DNA of 64,000 nt from Paraspadella gotoi (taxonomy: Eukaryota; Animalia; Chaetognatha), in NCBI GenBank assembly GCA_051294375.1, contig CM119264.1, positions 19,909,590-19,973,589 on the forward strand, in the 5' to 3' direction. How positions within the stretch are numbered: position 1 is the stretch's first letter; each line of letters opens with the position of its first letter. The position numbers and the translations under genes were made by a program. The notes below the pieces were generated by a model. The model worked only from the letters and a program-made list of their open reading frames with translations. It searched no databases and was not told the DNA's origin. Shown here piece by piece: positions 51,611 through 64,000 of the stretch.

Positions 51611-51880
51611 CTCTTCTTCAAAGCTTAGATGGTATAACGTCCAAATTGCCGGAATATGTGTCCACTATACCAGATTATGGTTTACCAGAAATAAGAGAAA
51701 AGACAACATTAGAAAACTTTAAGGAAACACCAAGTGAAGTAAAAAATAATAAAAACTCATTAATGATTACTCCAGTACCAGAGTGGGAGGAAATTAAAAA
51801 CCCAAATGTAAAGGCTGAACAAAAGGATGAAAAACAGGAAAATATTCATGTAACAGATCAGAAAAAAATATATCCAAAAG
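51611..51880 (+). CDS. Chimeric exon C1
   Basis: AG/GT boundaries, 270 nt, open. Confidence 0.87.
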
Positions 51881-52408
51881 GTAAAAAAACAAGTTTGAAA
51901 AACATTATTTTTGTTTAAAACATATTTATGTACCTTTTCATATTAAAATCAATTTTAATTTAATCTTTTTTGTTGGAAATAACGTTTTTAATCTATTTAA
52001 AATGCTAATAAAATAGCTTAAATATTAAAAGTTATTTTTTTATTTTGCCTATTTTTTACACTAATTATTAATAAATATTAATAAAATATACAATTTATAA
52101 ATAAACTTACCAAAATATTTTTATGGATTTTTTTTTATATTATGTAAGCTAAATATGACTTTAAAAATTTTAACAATATGAGTTCTCATACTCTTCAATA
52201 TTTACACTATTTTAATAGCACCATATATGCTTCAAAAATCGCCATTTCCGACAAAGAAGATAAAACTATACAAAAAATGGTTATCATTGTTAAATTCTTC
52301 AGATCTTATTAGATTAAAATAATTATGAATAGAATTAGATATCTTATATTTTGTTATCTTTGAACGCTCTACTATATGGTCTTAGAAAAAAATAATTTTA
52401 ATAATTTT

Positions 52409-53985
52409 TAGTCGAATCTGCTCATCAGCAGATTCCGACTCTAAAATTCACTTTGTCTTTCCGTTGGTCCCACCCCTTAATCTTGTCGGTAAATAATTAT
52501 TATCATATCAGAACCTCAAATTATGATAAATTATGCAAAAAAATGATGTCCATCCGTCCGTCTGTAGGTACGTCCGTTCGTCTGTCCGTCCCACCTTCGC
52601 ATTAAATTGGATGTATGTATGGATGTATGGATTGGAATAAAGTTTCTTGTGTATGTGGTAAAGTGTGTGATAAAGTTTTGATGGAATCGTTCAAGTAAAT
52701 TGAGTTAAAATGAAAAAAAAGTCACAATTAATTAAAGTTTTTTTACACTTAATTATTATATTTATGAAAAATTTGATTGATGAATTGAAATTAAATGTTG
52801 TGTGTAAGTACTGGGTAGGAAAGTATGGAATCAAGCTGGATAAAATTTTTTTTATGGAATTAGAGGAATGGAAAAGAGTTTAAGTTAAAAAACCAAAAGA
52901 CATATTTATTTAAATTTTAGTTTCTCTCTCTCTATTTCTCTGATTGATTTATTCATTGATTGATTGATTCTTAATTTGGTTAAATGATTGATTGTTAATT
53001 TTTTTAATTTATTAATTCATAAATCTATTATTATTCATAATGTAATGATCTAGTTATGATTAGTTGTTTCTCTCTACCCCATGTTAGTTCGCGAGTGACA
53101 CCAAAAAAATATTTACTATACTTTAAATATTTATTAAATATAATTCATTATCAAGTTAGTTAGAGAACTACTGGAAGTTTTTTATGTATAAGTTTCATTT
53201 CGTGTTTAATTTATTTACTATTCGTTGTTTAATTTTTTATTTAACGTGTTCTTGATTGAATTTTACAAAAAATTTACTTCATTAAAAATCCCTATTAATG
53301 GTCTAAACAATCCCTAATTTAATGGTGTAAATAAATTTTAATGATTTTAAGAAATTGGTACAACCAATATAAAAATTATCCACTCATTTAATAAATACGC
53401 TATCTTGCCCCTGACTTTGGACAGGCTTTGGTGGTTTAAGGCCTCCATCACTCTTACAAGATAATGACATAGGAGGTCCCTGCAAGCTTTCAATCAAGAC
53501 TCTCACAGTCTCGTTTATTCACTCCCAGAGTATCTGGCTTCCCTATCAATGAAGTGGTATAATGTTTCAAAGAATGTTTTAATTGTATGAAAAGACCACT
53601 CCCTTAAGTATTAGATTTAGTAATTAAGTAAGATTAAGTAATTTTTGAATAATTAATTTATAATATTTTTTTTTAAATTCATTTTTTTACTGAAAATAAA
53701 ATTTGATGACCATTAAAGAAAGGTTGTTTTACATAAGTAAATATCAAATTAATCTTATTAAATTAAAATATAATAAACGTCCAGTATATTGCTATAGAAT
53801 GGAAAAAAAATTTAAAAATATTCATCCAATGTGAAATGGTACGCATTTTTTAGGTGTTACCCGTGAACGGACACGGGGTATTTATTTCAGAATTTTATTG
53901 TCACATTCATAAGACATCCCATCTGATTTGCTACTTACTGCTAAATTATCGTAGGCAGATCTGACATTGTTTGCTCAAACTTGTT
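52409..53985 (+). mobile_element. HINE, diverged copy with nested fragments
   Basis: GTCGAATCTGCTCATCAGCAGATTCCGAC 5' end and GCAGATCTGACATTGTTTGCTCAAACTTG 3' end. Confidence 0.75.
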
Positions 53986-54153
53986 TTTTAATAATCAATA
54001 AATTAGGTAATTGTTTCCAAATGGTCTTGATATTGTTTTCTCAAGCTTATTTGTATTACAATAAGTATGAATAATATTTTTGTGACTTCCTTTTACCATC
54101 GTAAAAAAAAAACAAAGAAGTATTAATACCAACAGAATAATTTAACTTTATAG

Positions 54154-54381
54154 CTATACCCGAGAGTATGGACGATAGCAAAAATGCTTCAACATTAATA
54201 ACAAAATTACCTGATTCAGATAAAAACGAAAATTTTGAGAAAATATCAATACAAAATGGACAAAAAGAAATATCATCTACTGTCAATACGACTGTTACTA
54301 GCGAGGCTAAAATAAAAAAACCCAATGAAAATACGGAAACCCCTCCCATTAGTTCAATACCCGATACACTAAAACAATCAG
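54154..54381 (+). CDS. Diverged class A exon
   Basis: ttatag|CT ... TCAG|gtaaag; 228 nt, open; ...KKPNENTETPPISSIPDTLKQSG. Confidence 0.8.
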
Positions 54382-54783
54382 GTAAAGTTATATCTAAACA
54401 ATACATGATATTTTATAAAAAAAAATATTGCGATAAAACGAATTCAATGATTCAAGTAAAAGGTAAAAAAAAAATATTGAGAATAAAAGGAAGACAGTAA
54501 TTATAGTAAAACAATAAGTTATTTTTTAATTATTTTTTTTATTAAAAGCTTTATATTTAAATCAAATAAATAACTATAATAATGCAAATTAGGTTATTTG
54601 TTTTTTTTTTTAAATTATTCATATTTTTTTCAATTGTTATTTTTATTAGAAACAAGTTTTAAAAAGCAAACGATGCATCGGGGACAGCAAATCATCAATT
54701 TTTCAGCAGTTATATCCTTTACAAATAGATTATTGTAACTAATAAATTAAATACCTACTCTCATTATACAATACCTTACACAG

Positions 54784-54858
54784 AATCTTTTACTCCGGGT
54801 GCTGAAGTTGAAAAACTTCTTATTTTTACGGAACCCTCTCCTGATATTAAAAAATCAG
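54784..54858 (+). CDS. Small symmetric exon
   Basis: acacag|AA ... TCAG|gtcagt; 75 nt, open, phase 1-1. Confidence 0.55.
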
Positions 54859-54922
54859 GTCAGTGTTTATTTCTTCCATTATATATTTTAAAAGTTTTTA
54901 AAAATAATTATTTTTTTAATAG

Positions 54923-54985
54923 TTGTCTTCCCATCTACTTCAGAAAATTTAGTTAATCAGGCAAGAAGAACTTCTCCTTCAAAAA
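54923..54985 (+). CDS. Small symmetric exon
   Basis: ttaatag|TT ... AAAA|gtaagt; 63 nt, open, phase 1-1. Confidence 0.65.
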
Positions 54986-55010
54986 GTAAGTTGCATTAAT
55001 ATATATTTTT

Positions 55011-55948
55011 TAGTCGGATCTGCTTATCAGCAGATTCAGACTCTATAATTTACTTTGTCGGTCCATTGGTCCCACCCCAAAATATTGTCGGTAAATCATT
55101 ATTATCATATCAGAACCTCGAATTATGATAAATTATGCAAAAAAAATGATGTCCGTACGTCCGTCCGTCCCTTAGCAAAAAACTCCAATTACTCATGATT
55201 GGATGGATGGATTGGTATGAAATTTTGTGTGTGGGTAGGAGACTGTGTGATTGAGATGGATATGAAGTTTCGATGGAATCGTGCGAGTGGAAATTGGTTT
55301 AAATGGAAAAAACAAAAAAATCTATTTCACTATTTGAACGCCAATTGCTCATGTGTGGATAGGGCAATTGACCTGAAAGTGTGTGATTGAGCTGGATATA
55401 ACTAACTGTGGGACTCTGGGTCTAACTGGGTCTAACGTCTATCAAAACGGAGGGTGAATAAATGTATTTGGTAACCAAGGTCTATACTCATATCGAAAAT
55501 GTATATAAAAGGTCCAAAAAAAGGGGGAGAGAGAAAGAGTCTGAGATAGAGGAGAAGATGGACTGAACCTAAACTTGAACGCGACCCCGAATCCCCGTGA
55601 GGAGGATGAGGAGGGAGGAGGAAAAGAGAGAGAAGAGGAGCTGTAGACTCGCGTCGTCTACCGGCCTTCGATTCTGGATGGAATCGTGCGAGTGGAAATG
55701 AGTTAAAATGGAAAAAACAAAAGTCATATTTACTTGAAGTATTTTTACTTAAATTTACTCATAATTCTTATGTTTATTAAGAATTGGATAGATAAATTGA
55801 AATGGAATTTTGTGTGTGGGTAGGAAAGTATGTGATAAAGCTGGATATAAATTTTTTTGATGGAATCGTAGGAGTGGAAAAGAGTTCAAACACCAAAAGA
55901 CACATTTATTTGAATTTTTTAAAGTTTTTCTCTCTCTATATCTCTTTC

Positions 55949-55989
<41 letters not shown>

Positions 55990-56324
55990 AATTTATTGAC
56001 CAAATTATGCCAATTGACAAAAATATGCCAGTTGACCAAATTATGCCAGTTGACCAAATTATGCCAGTTGACCAAATTATGCCAGTTGACCAAATTCTGC
56101 AAGTTTACCAAATTATTCCTGTTGACCAAATTATACCAGTTGACCAAATTATGCCTGTTGACCAAATTATGTCAGTTGACCAAATTATGCCAGCTGACAA
56201 AATTATGTCTGTTGACCAAATTATGCCAGTTGACCAAATAATGCAAGTTGATTAAATTATGCAAGTTGATCAATTTAGCTTATTACCACTTAATTATTGT
56301 AGGCAGATCCGACATTGTTTACTT
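55011..56324 (+). mobile_element. HINE with an 18-bp minisatellite and a nested GC-rich fragment (about 55400-55675)
   Basis: Canonical 5' hairpin, 3' GCAGATCCGACATTGTTT. Confidence 0.8.
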
Positions 56325-56930
56325 TTCAGGCCAATCTTTTTTAATTGAACACCCACAATTTTAAAAAAATAATATATTGATCGATTTTTTTAATGAAAAA
56401 ATTGATTTAACCGACTAAAAACGGAAAGCAAAAAATATAGTAACGAAATATGAAATTAGGAAATTAGGAATATAAAACCAGAAAAAGGAAGTATTTTAGG
56501 ATCATGGCCGAAATTTTTTAAACAAAACATGACATAATACTACAATTAAAAACTTATTAATATAAACTAGAAAAATCATAGTGATGATGACGATGATAAT
56601 TTCAATACTCAAAAAAGAAAGATATTTTGTGAACAAATCTTTAAATTAAGGTTTAATGCATATAATTTATTTTAAAAAAGTTTTTTAATTTAAAAATTAT
56701 TTTAGATGTTAAAAAATCTGATGTTTATTTTTTGAAATAAAAAACAATGCATTGTCCTTTTTAATGTACATATTTAAATCCTAATATTTACTCATTTCCT
56801 TTGTATTGTTTAAAAAACCTAAAAAATAACAGTTATAATTAGTTACATCGTTTTTATCTGTTATGATTTTACCATTTTATAACATTTCATTCCCAACAAA
56901 TCACATTAAGCAATTGTTATAATCTTATAG

Positions 56931-57020
56931 GTGAACATGTTGAGAGTTTATCAATAAAACAAGAAGAACCAATTTTTCTACCTCAAGAATGTGATTTTGT
57001 CTCAGCTCCTGATGATGCTA
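56931..57020 (+). CDS. Small symmetric exon (GEHVESLSIKQEEPIFLPQECDFVSAPDDA)
   Basis: ttatag|GT ... A|gtaagt; 90 nt, open. Confidence 0.7.
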
Positions 57021-57193
57021 GTAAGTTAGATTTATTTAATACATTTTACTAATTTTTCTTCATATCTGATTAACTGTTTTACAGTTTTTGTCAGATTAAA
57101 AACCATCTCTCTTTTAATAAATTGTGACCTTATTTATTTATATTTATTTATTAAAGTTTATCTTCAAAATCTTTGCCATTTACTTTATTTCAG

Positions 57194-57277
57194 AATATGG
57201 AGAACAAAGTGGCACTTTGGTTGACTCAACTCAACCTTTTCATGAAAAAGAGAATACAAAATTCTTCAAAAATAATC
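57194..57277 (+). CDS. Small symmetric exon
   Basis: tttcag|AA ... C|gtaagt; 84 nt, open. Confidence 0.7.
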
Positions 57278-57340
57278 GTAAGTTTTAAAAACATAAATTT
57301 TAATATTTATTATCAAAGTAATGGTGTATATCATAAACAG

Positions 57341-57415
57341 AAGTTGAAAAAGTGAATGACTTATCTGAAATGCCACCAATAAGAGGACAAGGACAAGATA
57401 AGGACGATATAAAAG
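57341..57415 (+). CDS. Small symmetric exon (EVEKVNDLSEMPPIRGQGQDKDDIK)
   Basis: aaacag|AA ... AAAG|gttagt; 75 nt, open. Confidence 0.7.
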
Positions 57416-60400
57416 GTTAGTTTATACTTCCTACACTCATGTGCAAAAAAACGCGCCACTTTATATCTTTAAATTCCAGAATTATATAATAAAAATAAAG
57501 TTTTTTTAAAAGTTTAAAAGTTTTTTAAAAAATCAATTAATGTATATAAATTTTATCAATACATATAATCAGTCAGGTGGTTTAAGAGATATAATTTTTT
57601 AAACTTGAGTTCTATATCAAGAGGGGAAAATCTAATATGATTCAAAAGCTTCAGAATCATTGACCTACCATTCATCTTATTTTTTAATCACCTTAAAATT
57701 ATTATTTTGGGATGTGGGTTAATCCAGTTATGACACAATGAAAAATAATGTGGCGAAACGGTCTCGTGCTGATTTTTTCCCTTTAAAATTGTTTCTGAGC
57801 CAAATTAATTGATTTTTACTTTTGGTAATATGTGCGATGTACACTACTGGACATTACTGTGTCTGACAAAAACCCTTGACCATCAACAAAAAAGCTAACT
57901 CGATCAAAAATAGTAAAAAAGATGAAGCAATATAGCTCGAAACGCTTACAAAATTTTAGACCATTGCTTTTATAAATGCAAAAAGAATATTGTTCTTTTT
58001 GGAATATATATATATATATTTTTTTCCCCTATGATTATGAATCAGTGACTAGGGAAAAGAGAGAGGGAGAGAGACATGTAATTAAAAGAGAAAAGAGAGA
58101 GAGAAAGAAATATGAAAATAAAAGAGAGAAAATTTGTTTGTTTTGATAAAACGTAAACAAAACATTTAATAACTGTCCAGACTCAATTTTAAGCACATCA
58201 ATGATGAGAAGCTGTATATAAATTTTCAGCTTCATACACCCAAATTTAATCATAAAAAATGCGATCTATAATTTGGAACGCCAACAACGACGACGCCACT
58301 TATGGGCAAAAGCGATACAATATCATCGCAAACGCTAAGCGATTGCGACGATAAAAATGGAAAATTTATTACAGCAAAAAGTGCTAATGTCTAAATTCCA
58401 AGATCCAAAGAAAAAAAATTTACATAAACAATCTGCATACTATAATTAATAAGGCGGGCCAAAATTGAACACTTTTTATAACTTCTAGTTCTCTCAAAAA
58501 AATTTTTACAAATTTTTATCAATAAAACAAAAAAAAATTACAAAGTGTGGCCCTAGTTCCCAGAGGCCAGCTACAGCGTGACAAAGGGCATGGCCGCTGC
58601 AGGGTCACGTGTCTAAGACGATGACGTCACAGGGAAAACGTGGCACTGATTTGAATTGTTTTGTTGATTCAATTGATTCAAAGTTTATTTCAATTGATTG
58701 GTAAAATCATTTCTTTGATTAGAGACAGTTTTCCTATTTTGAATAATGTAGTATTTACATATGAAGAATAAGTAAAAATGATAAATGATAAAAACAATGT
58801 ATTTCTGATTGAGTTCCAAAACCAGACTGAAATCATTCAGCAAACAATCAATTAAAATAAACAGTTATTAAAAAATGCTTTAAAACTATAAGGACATCTT
58901 CAGTAAGCCATAGCCGATGAAATTTAAATGCTAATGTTTACACCATTAAAATAATCTATCATGACCATAGATAATGGTATTAAAATATTTTTTGTCAAAA
59001 ATGCTTTCTTCTGAGGGTACTAGCCTAATTAAAAATATTATATTACTATATAGAGCAAAAAATATTTTTTTAAAATTCTAAAATTTTTGGATGGATTCTG
59101 ATAGAGCATAAAAAGTTAAACAAGAAATATAATTACAGCTTTTAAAAATTCTTATGTTTTCTAAGTGAATATATAAAAAAACTGATAAATTCATCGATAG
59201 ATGATGATGATTTTTTACGGTTTTTCTTATTTTTGACATACTTATTGTAAAAATATTTAAAAAAGAATTATACTTTGTATAGGCAACTTTTTATGAGCTG
59301 TCTTAAAAAAAATTTTGGCCTTTTCTATCTATAAATAAATATTACAAAATTAATTACTAGGGTATAAATGCATATTAGAAATTTTTTGTCCATTGAAAGT
59401 ATTCTTAAAAATGTCTAAATAGTCGTTTGAGCATGTACTCACTCAAAAATTTTTGACTCACGCTATTGAGTGCGGCTACCCCTACTTCAGTGGATAAGTT
59501 TTAATATTGGAGAAAAAAGAAACAAAAGATTTCTTGAATTTGATAATCTTTTGAGAATCATGGCCATCTTGTTGGTTCTGTGTTGGGAATCAGATGTTCC
59601 ATATCTTAAGTCTGGTTTCGATCCCCGGAGTGGAAGGATTTATTTTGTTTATGGAATTTATCCACTCGAGCGGCCGCAAAAGTTGTATTATTAACCTTTA
59701 TCTAACTTTTAAAGCTCTACCAGAATCTATCGAAAAAAAAATTGAAAAAAAAAAATTTCAAACTTTATATAATAATAAAATTAGAAATCTACTATGAAAT
59801 TAAATTCAATAGGGGCGGGAGTTCAAAACTTTAGTCTTAAAGTCTTCTTTTTAAGTAAAAAAAGATTTTTTTAAAAAAGTTTGATTTTAATGCTTTTATT
59901 GTTGCTATTAAAATTACAATATTACTATATAATGATAAAACATTTTTTAATCAATCTTAACTGTTTTGATGGATTCTGATAGAGCATAAAAAGTTAAATA
60001 AAAAATTTAACTACAACTTTCAAAAAAATTTATGTTTTCTTGGTCAAAATTAAGAAAAAGTAATAAAATTATCGAAAAATGATGATATGATGATATAAAT
60101 AGTTTTCATATTTTTCACATACTTATGATCAAAATATCGAAAAAAGAATTATACTTTGTGTAGACAACTTTTTGCAAGCTACCTGAATCTGATCTTAAAA
60201 ATCAAAAAATCAAAAAAAATTTTTAGCCTTTCCTATTTATAAATAAATATTAAAAAATTAATATATGGAGTATGGAGTAATATCAAAAAAATTTTTCTAT
60301 TCAAATTTTTTTAAAAATGTCTAAATTTTCGTTTGAGCAGGTGCTGAATTTAATTTCTTAATCACCTTACTGAGTTAGTCTCCCCCTAATAAAATAATCT

Positions 60401-63400
60401 TTAATTGCTTCCATGCGCTAATCAATAAAATAAATTTTAAAAATTATTTTTATTTTCATATTCTCTAACAGTCACTTAACCATTATTTATTTGAGAGAAC
60501 TTCTAGTTTTCAACCTGTTCCGGCCTAATAATTATATAATAATAATAATTATAATAAATATATTTAGCTATTTTGTACATTCTTCTTATTTTGATTCATA
60601 GTAAGATTATTAAAAATAAAACACACTGTATAGTATATACTAGTGTATAGTATATACTATATTTTTTATGCGACTTTATTTAATGTAATGTCCTCGGCGC
60701 TAAGTGGGCTGAAGACTACTATCTGTAACTTCTATGCCCCCTCAGCAGCCATGGAACGTGTCCTGGGCTTTAAACCAGGGCTTGAAGGTTTTCTTAACCC
60801 CCAAGGGTGTTTACTAAGGTGAAGTAAAAGTTTGGGATCAAAATTTAGCAGTTATATCTTGAAAACTATCATATTAGTTTAATACTAATCTGCAGTTATT
60901 TTTCTTTTCTTAAAAATATAGTAGCCCAATCAGCTTATTTTATATATATATAATGTCAAAATTTCAAAATGTTTTTTTTTTTAAATTCTGAGAACCGATT
61001 CAGATTTTTCGTTAAAAGTTGATATGAGAAAATATAAATTTTTTTAAAAAATTATGTCATTGAGTAGGTTAAAATTACAAAAAAAATTATTTTTAGTTTT
61101 TTTAGTTTTTTTATATTTTTGTCTCACTTAATGAAATAATTTTTAAAAAAGAATTGTGCTTTCTTATATCAACTTTTTGCAAGGAATCCAAATCCGATCC
61201 TAAAATTTAAAAATTTGCATTATGAAATTTTAGCCTAATAAATAATTATTATATATAAATATAGCTCACTTGTGCCCAATAATGTATAAAATTCAAATAA
61301 TTAATTTACCAAAGTATTTTTATTGGTTTTTATGTTTATGTTTTATATGCTTAATTTTAATTTTCCTGCCATAATCTTCAATCGTCAAACTTCCGGTCGG
61401 GCAACGTTTAACGGGAGTCTGCTCATAAGATTGGAAAAAAAAAATTTGAAAATTTAACAAAAAAAAAACTTCGTCCCCGATGGTCATTAATTCTCCTTTT
61501 CCCGGGTACAAAGATGCGCCAATCCAAAATTTTTCGATATCAACTTTACAAAGATATAGGTTCTAAAGTGGCAAATCTTCTAAGGACGCTCTGCTCTAGA
61601 AAGCAATTAAGCGAGCCCAATTAGTCCTTTGGTCATACTTACTTCGAACATGACTGACAATTTGGTAAGTATGCATTTTTAGTCCATTTTCAAATCTTTG
61701 AATGTAAAAGTCAAATAAAATAATAGAAAAAATACCCTCAATCTTGCGCTTCGTCTTTTCAATAGAAAAGCATTGATTGATTACAAAAATCGGATACTCC
61801 AAATGTGGCCAAAGTCCTGATTTCGGTTTGAAGGCATAAACTTATTTTTAATTTTGTTTTTTTTTTCCCAGGAGAAGCTTTTTTAGGTGATAAAAGTTTG
61901 GTTTGGTTTCCTTTTTCTGTACAGCAAAATTACAACAATCTACAATGATTTACGTCAGATATAAAAGCAGTGAACGTATGAAGGATACATCATCCTCGGA
62001 ATTACTCAGAGAAAAACTTAGATAGAAAATGTTGTTTACCTTCTGGATTCTTTATACCTCAATTATTTTTTCTGTTTATTTTTGAAGAAAGTTTTTTTAT
62101 TTAATTTCGGACAAAGAATGTTTCAAATGGATGACGTTTCATGATAGAACCTCCAATCAAGTAAGACAAATTGAAAATGCTCTATATTTATACCTTTGTA
62201 TCAGAAAATCAGAAACAGATTCAGTCCATCAATGAAAGAAAATTCTGGTGAAGAGTTAAGGATCGGTTTATAAACTCGGTAAGTTAATATTGTAGACAAT
62301 GATTTTGGAGGTTATTTAAATGTTGTTGGAAATTTTTAAAAAATTTTATTAGTAGTTAATAGTGTTAGCAGCATTGTTTTAATTGGAATCAAGCTTAGTT
62401 TAGAATTACCTGAACACAGCCGAAATAGTCACAAATAACTATTTTTTACTTGTTATTAAATGTTAAGGTTTTTTCAAAACAGAAATCCTTGAAGATGACA
62501 TTACTAGCAATAATCCTGATATCAACAGTGACACGAAGATGACATCTTCAGAAATGATGCTGATATCATATGAGGCAAAGATTTAAAGCAATGATATGGA
62601 CATTATCAATCAAAGACCAAAGTCCGCATCTACTACCATCTTTTGTTAAAGATTAATAAAAAGGATAACTATTTCCAAAAGCTTTTGAAGTACACATTAT
62701 TGTCTAAGTATCAAGAAATATAGGTTTTGAAATTTTTGAAATTAATATGTTTTTAAGGCAACCTTTTTTACAAAGAATGGTAATCACGGTCCTAGCTTGA
62801 GTCAAGCTCTGGAGTGCCTACCTCCCAGGAATTTACTTACAGCAAAGGATAACAGTTTTTTAAAAAATATGAAAATGACCATTTCAAAATGGTCTATAAA
62901 ATAATTAAATGATAATGATATATGAATGTTGTAAGAATCGTATACATTTAACTAAACTAATTCTTTCGATGTTTCTAACTAAGCGGGTTCCCTAATAATT
63001 GGAGGCCGGCTGAAATTTTTCAGTGACAGGTAACATTCAAAATTCCATGAAGTAATTAATTAATTTAATAAAAATTATTTATAAATTTACAGTTTTTGAT
63101 TTGATCATTGGTGGGCTGAAATTTTTGACATTTGGTGAAGACGTTTACAACAGGAATATCAGAAGGCTTTCATAGTATTAGTGCATCAGTTTTACCGTGA
63201 ATAAAAATTCCAGTTGAAAATAATATCATTTTTTCCCTAAATAATATGAACATGTGGTATGAATATAGTAGTCAATTTGCAATGTCCAAAGCGTTAGACA
63301 GACCAAGCCTCAAAAGAAGAATCATGGTTATTAAAAATTGAGAAAAGTGGCTTTGAATTCCAAAAAAAAAAAAAAATGAAATGAATCGAAAAATCATTTA

Positions 63401-64000
63401 ACCAATCAAACGTTTTTCCCTCATATATCATTATTATTGTAGTATTTAGTAGTAAGTTCCAAATAAAAAGAAACAATAGTTTTATTGCTACTTGAAAAAT
63501 TAAAATGTTCCTGTGAAAGTTTCTGACTTATCAAATTTTTATGATCATAAGGGGTTATATCAAATTATCCTTGTCTTAATAAAATAACGCAATATTAGTT
63601 GGAATCTTACAAAAACATATATAATTAATAAATATAATATAATTATAGTATTGGTATACATTTAAGTAAAAATTCAACCCAAACAGAATCAAAGTGTTGT
63701 ATCGGTATTAACTTAGTGGTGAGGCTGTTGACTGTTTAAAATAAAGAAATTGCTACAATGATGTCGATTCCAAAAAAAATAAAAAATTTTGGTAAAATTC
63801 GTTTAGGCTAGGCTGAGAAACGTTTGGTGTATTATTTTCCTTTTAAAAAATGAAATATTTCTTTCACAGTAACATTCCAAAAATTATGTGACAGTTAATG
63901 ATGAAACCATATCAATATCATATCAAACAACCTAATTCTAACCTATAAAGTAAGGCGTGTGAAGTTTTCAGATCAAAATACGAATATGTTGTTCATGAAC

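Noticed and set aside
70-57415. Naming the gene titin or futsch
   Set aside because: Only compositional resemblance; no Ig, FN3, kinase or other diagnostic domain is visible in the window
60690-60775. Additional hammerhead (CTGAAGA...GGAACGTGTCC); also CTGACGA at about 15247
   Set aside because: No GAAA box closing a helix II could be built

Overview
Very AT-rich eukaryotic (most likely invertebrate animal) genomic DNA. It is not prokaryotic, and most ORFs in the supplied track are artefacts of microsatellites, minisatellites or splice read-through. The window lies inside one large + strand multi-exon gene whose start and stop are not identifiable here. About 30 exons can be delimited by AG/GT boundaries; every intact one is phase 1-1 with a length divisible by 3, and together they encode a Lys/Glu/Pro/Asn-rich repetitive protein region. 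The exons form two ancestral classes (A: 'ALP.SLDG.KSK..E....P.Y..PEK...PDW...PNEK...KSG'; B: 'GSDELPG...DEKN....DQK..SPKG'). A chimeric A/B class was then amplified about 12 times (31.9-51.9 kb) as an alternating two-unit repeat. The introns hold many non-autonomous mobile elements: DINE-1/Helentron-like HINEs carrying 18-bp minisatellites, hAT-like MITEs with 8-bp TSDs, Tc1/mariner-like MITEs, a GG-terminated (Merlin-like) MITE carrying TTAGGG repeats, a solo LTR, tRNA-derived SINE heads, and Penelope-like retroelement remnants. At least 7 minimal type-I hammerhead ribozyme motifs from two families occur in those remnants. Several exons carry 1-bp indels that may be assembly errors. All coordinates were read by eye.
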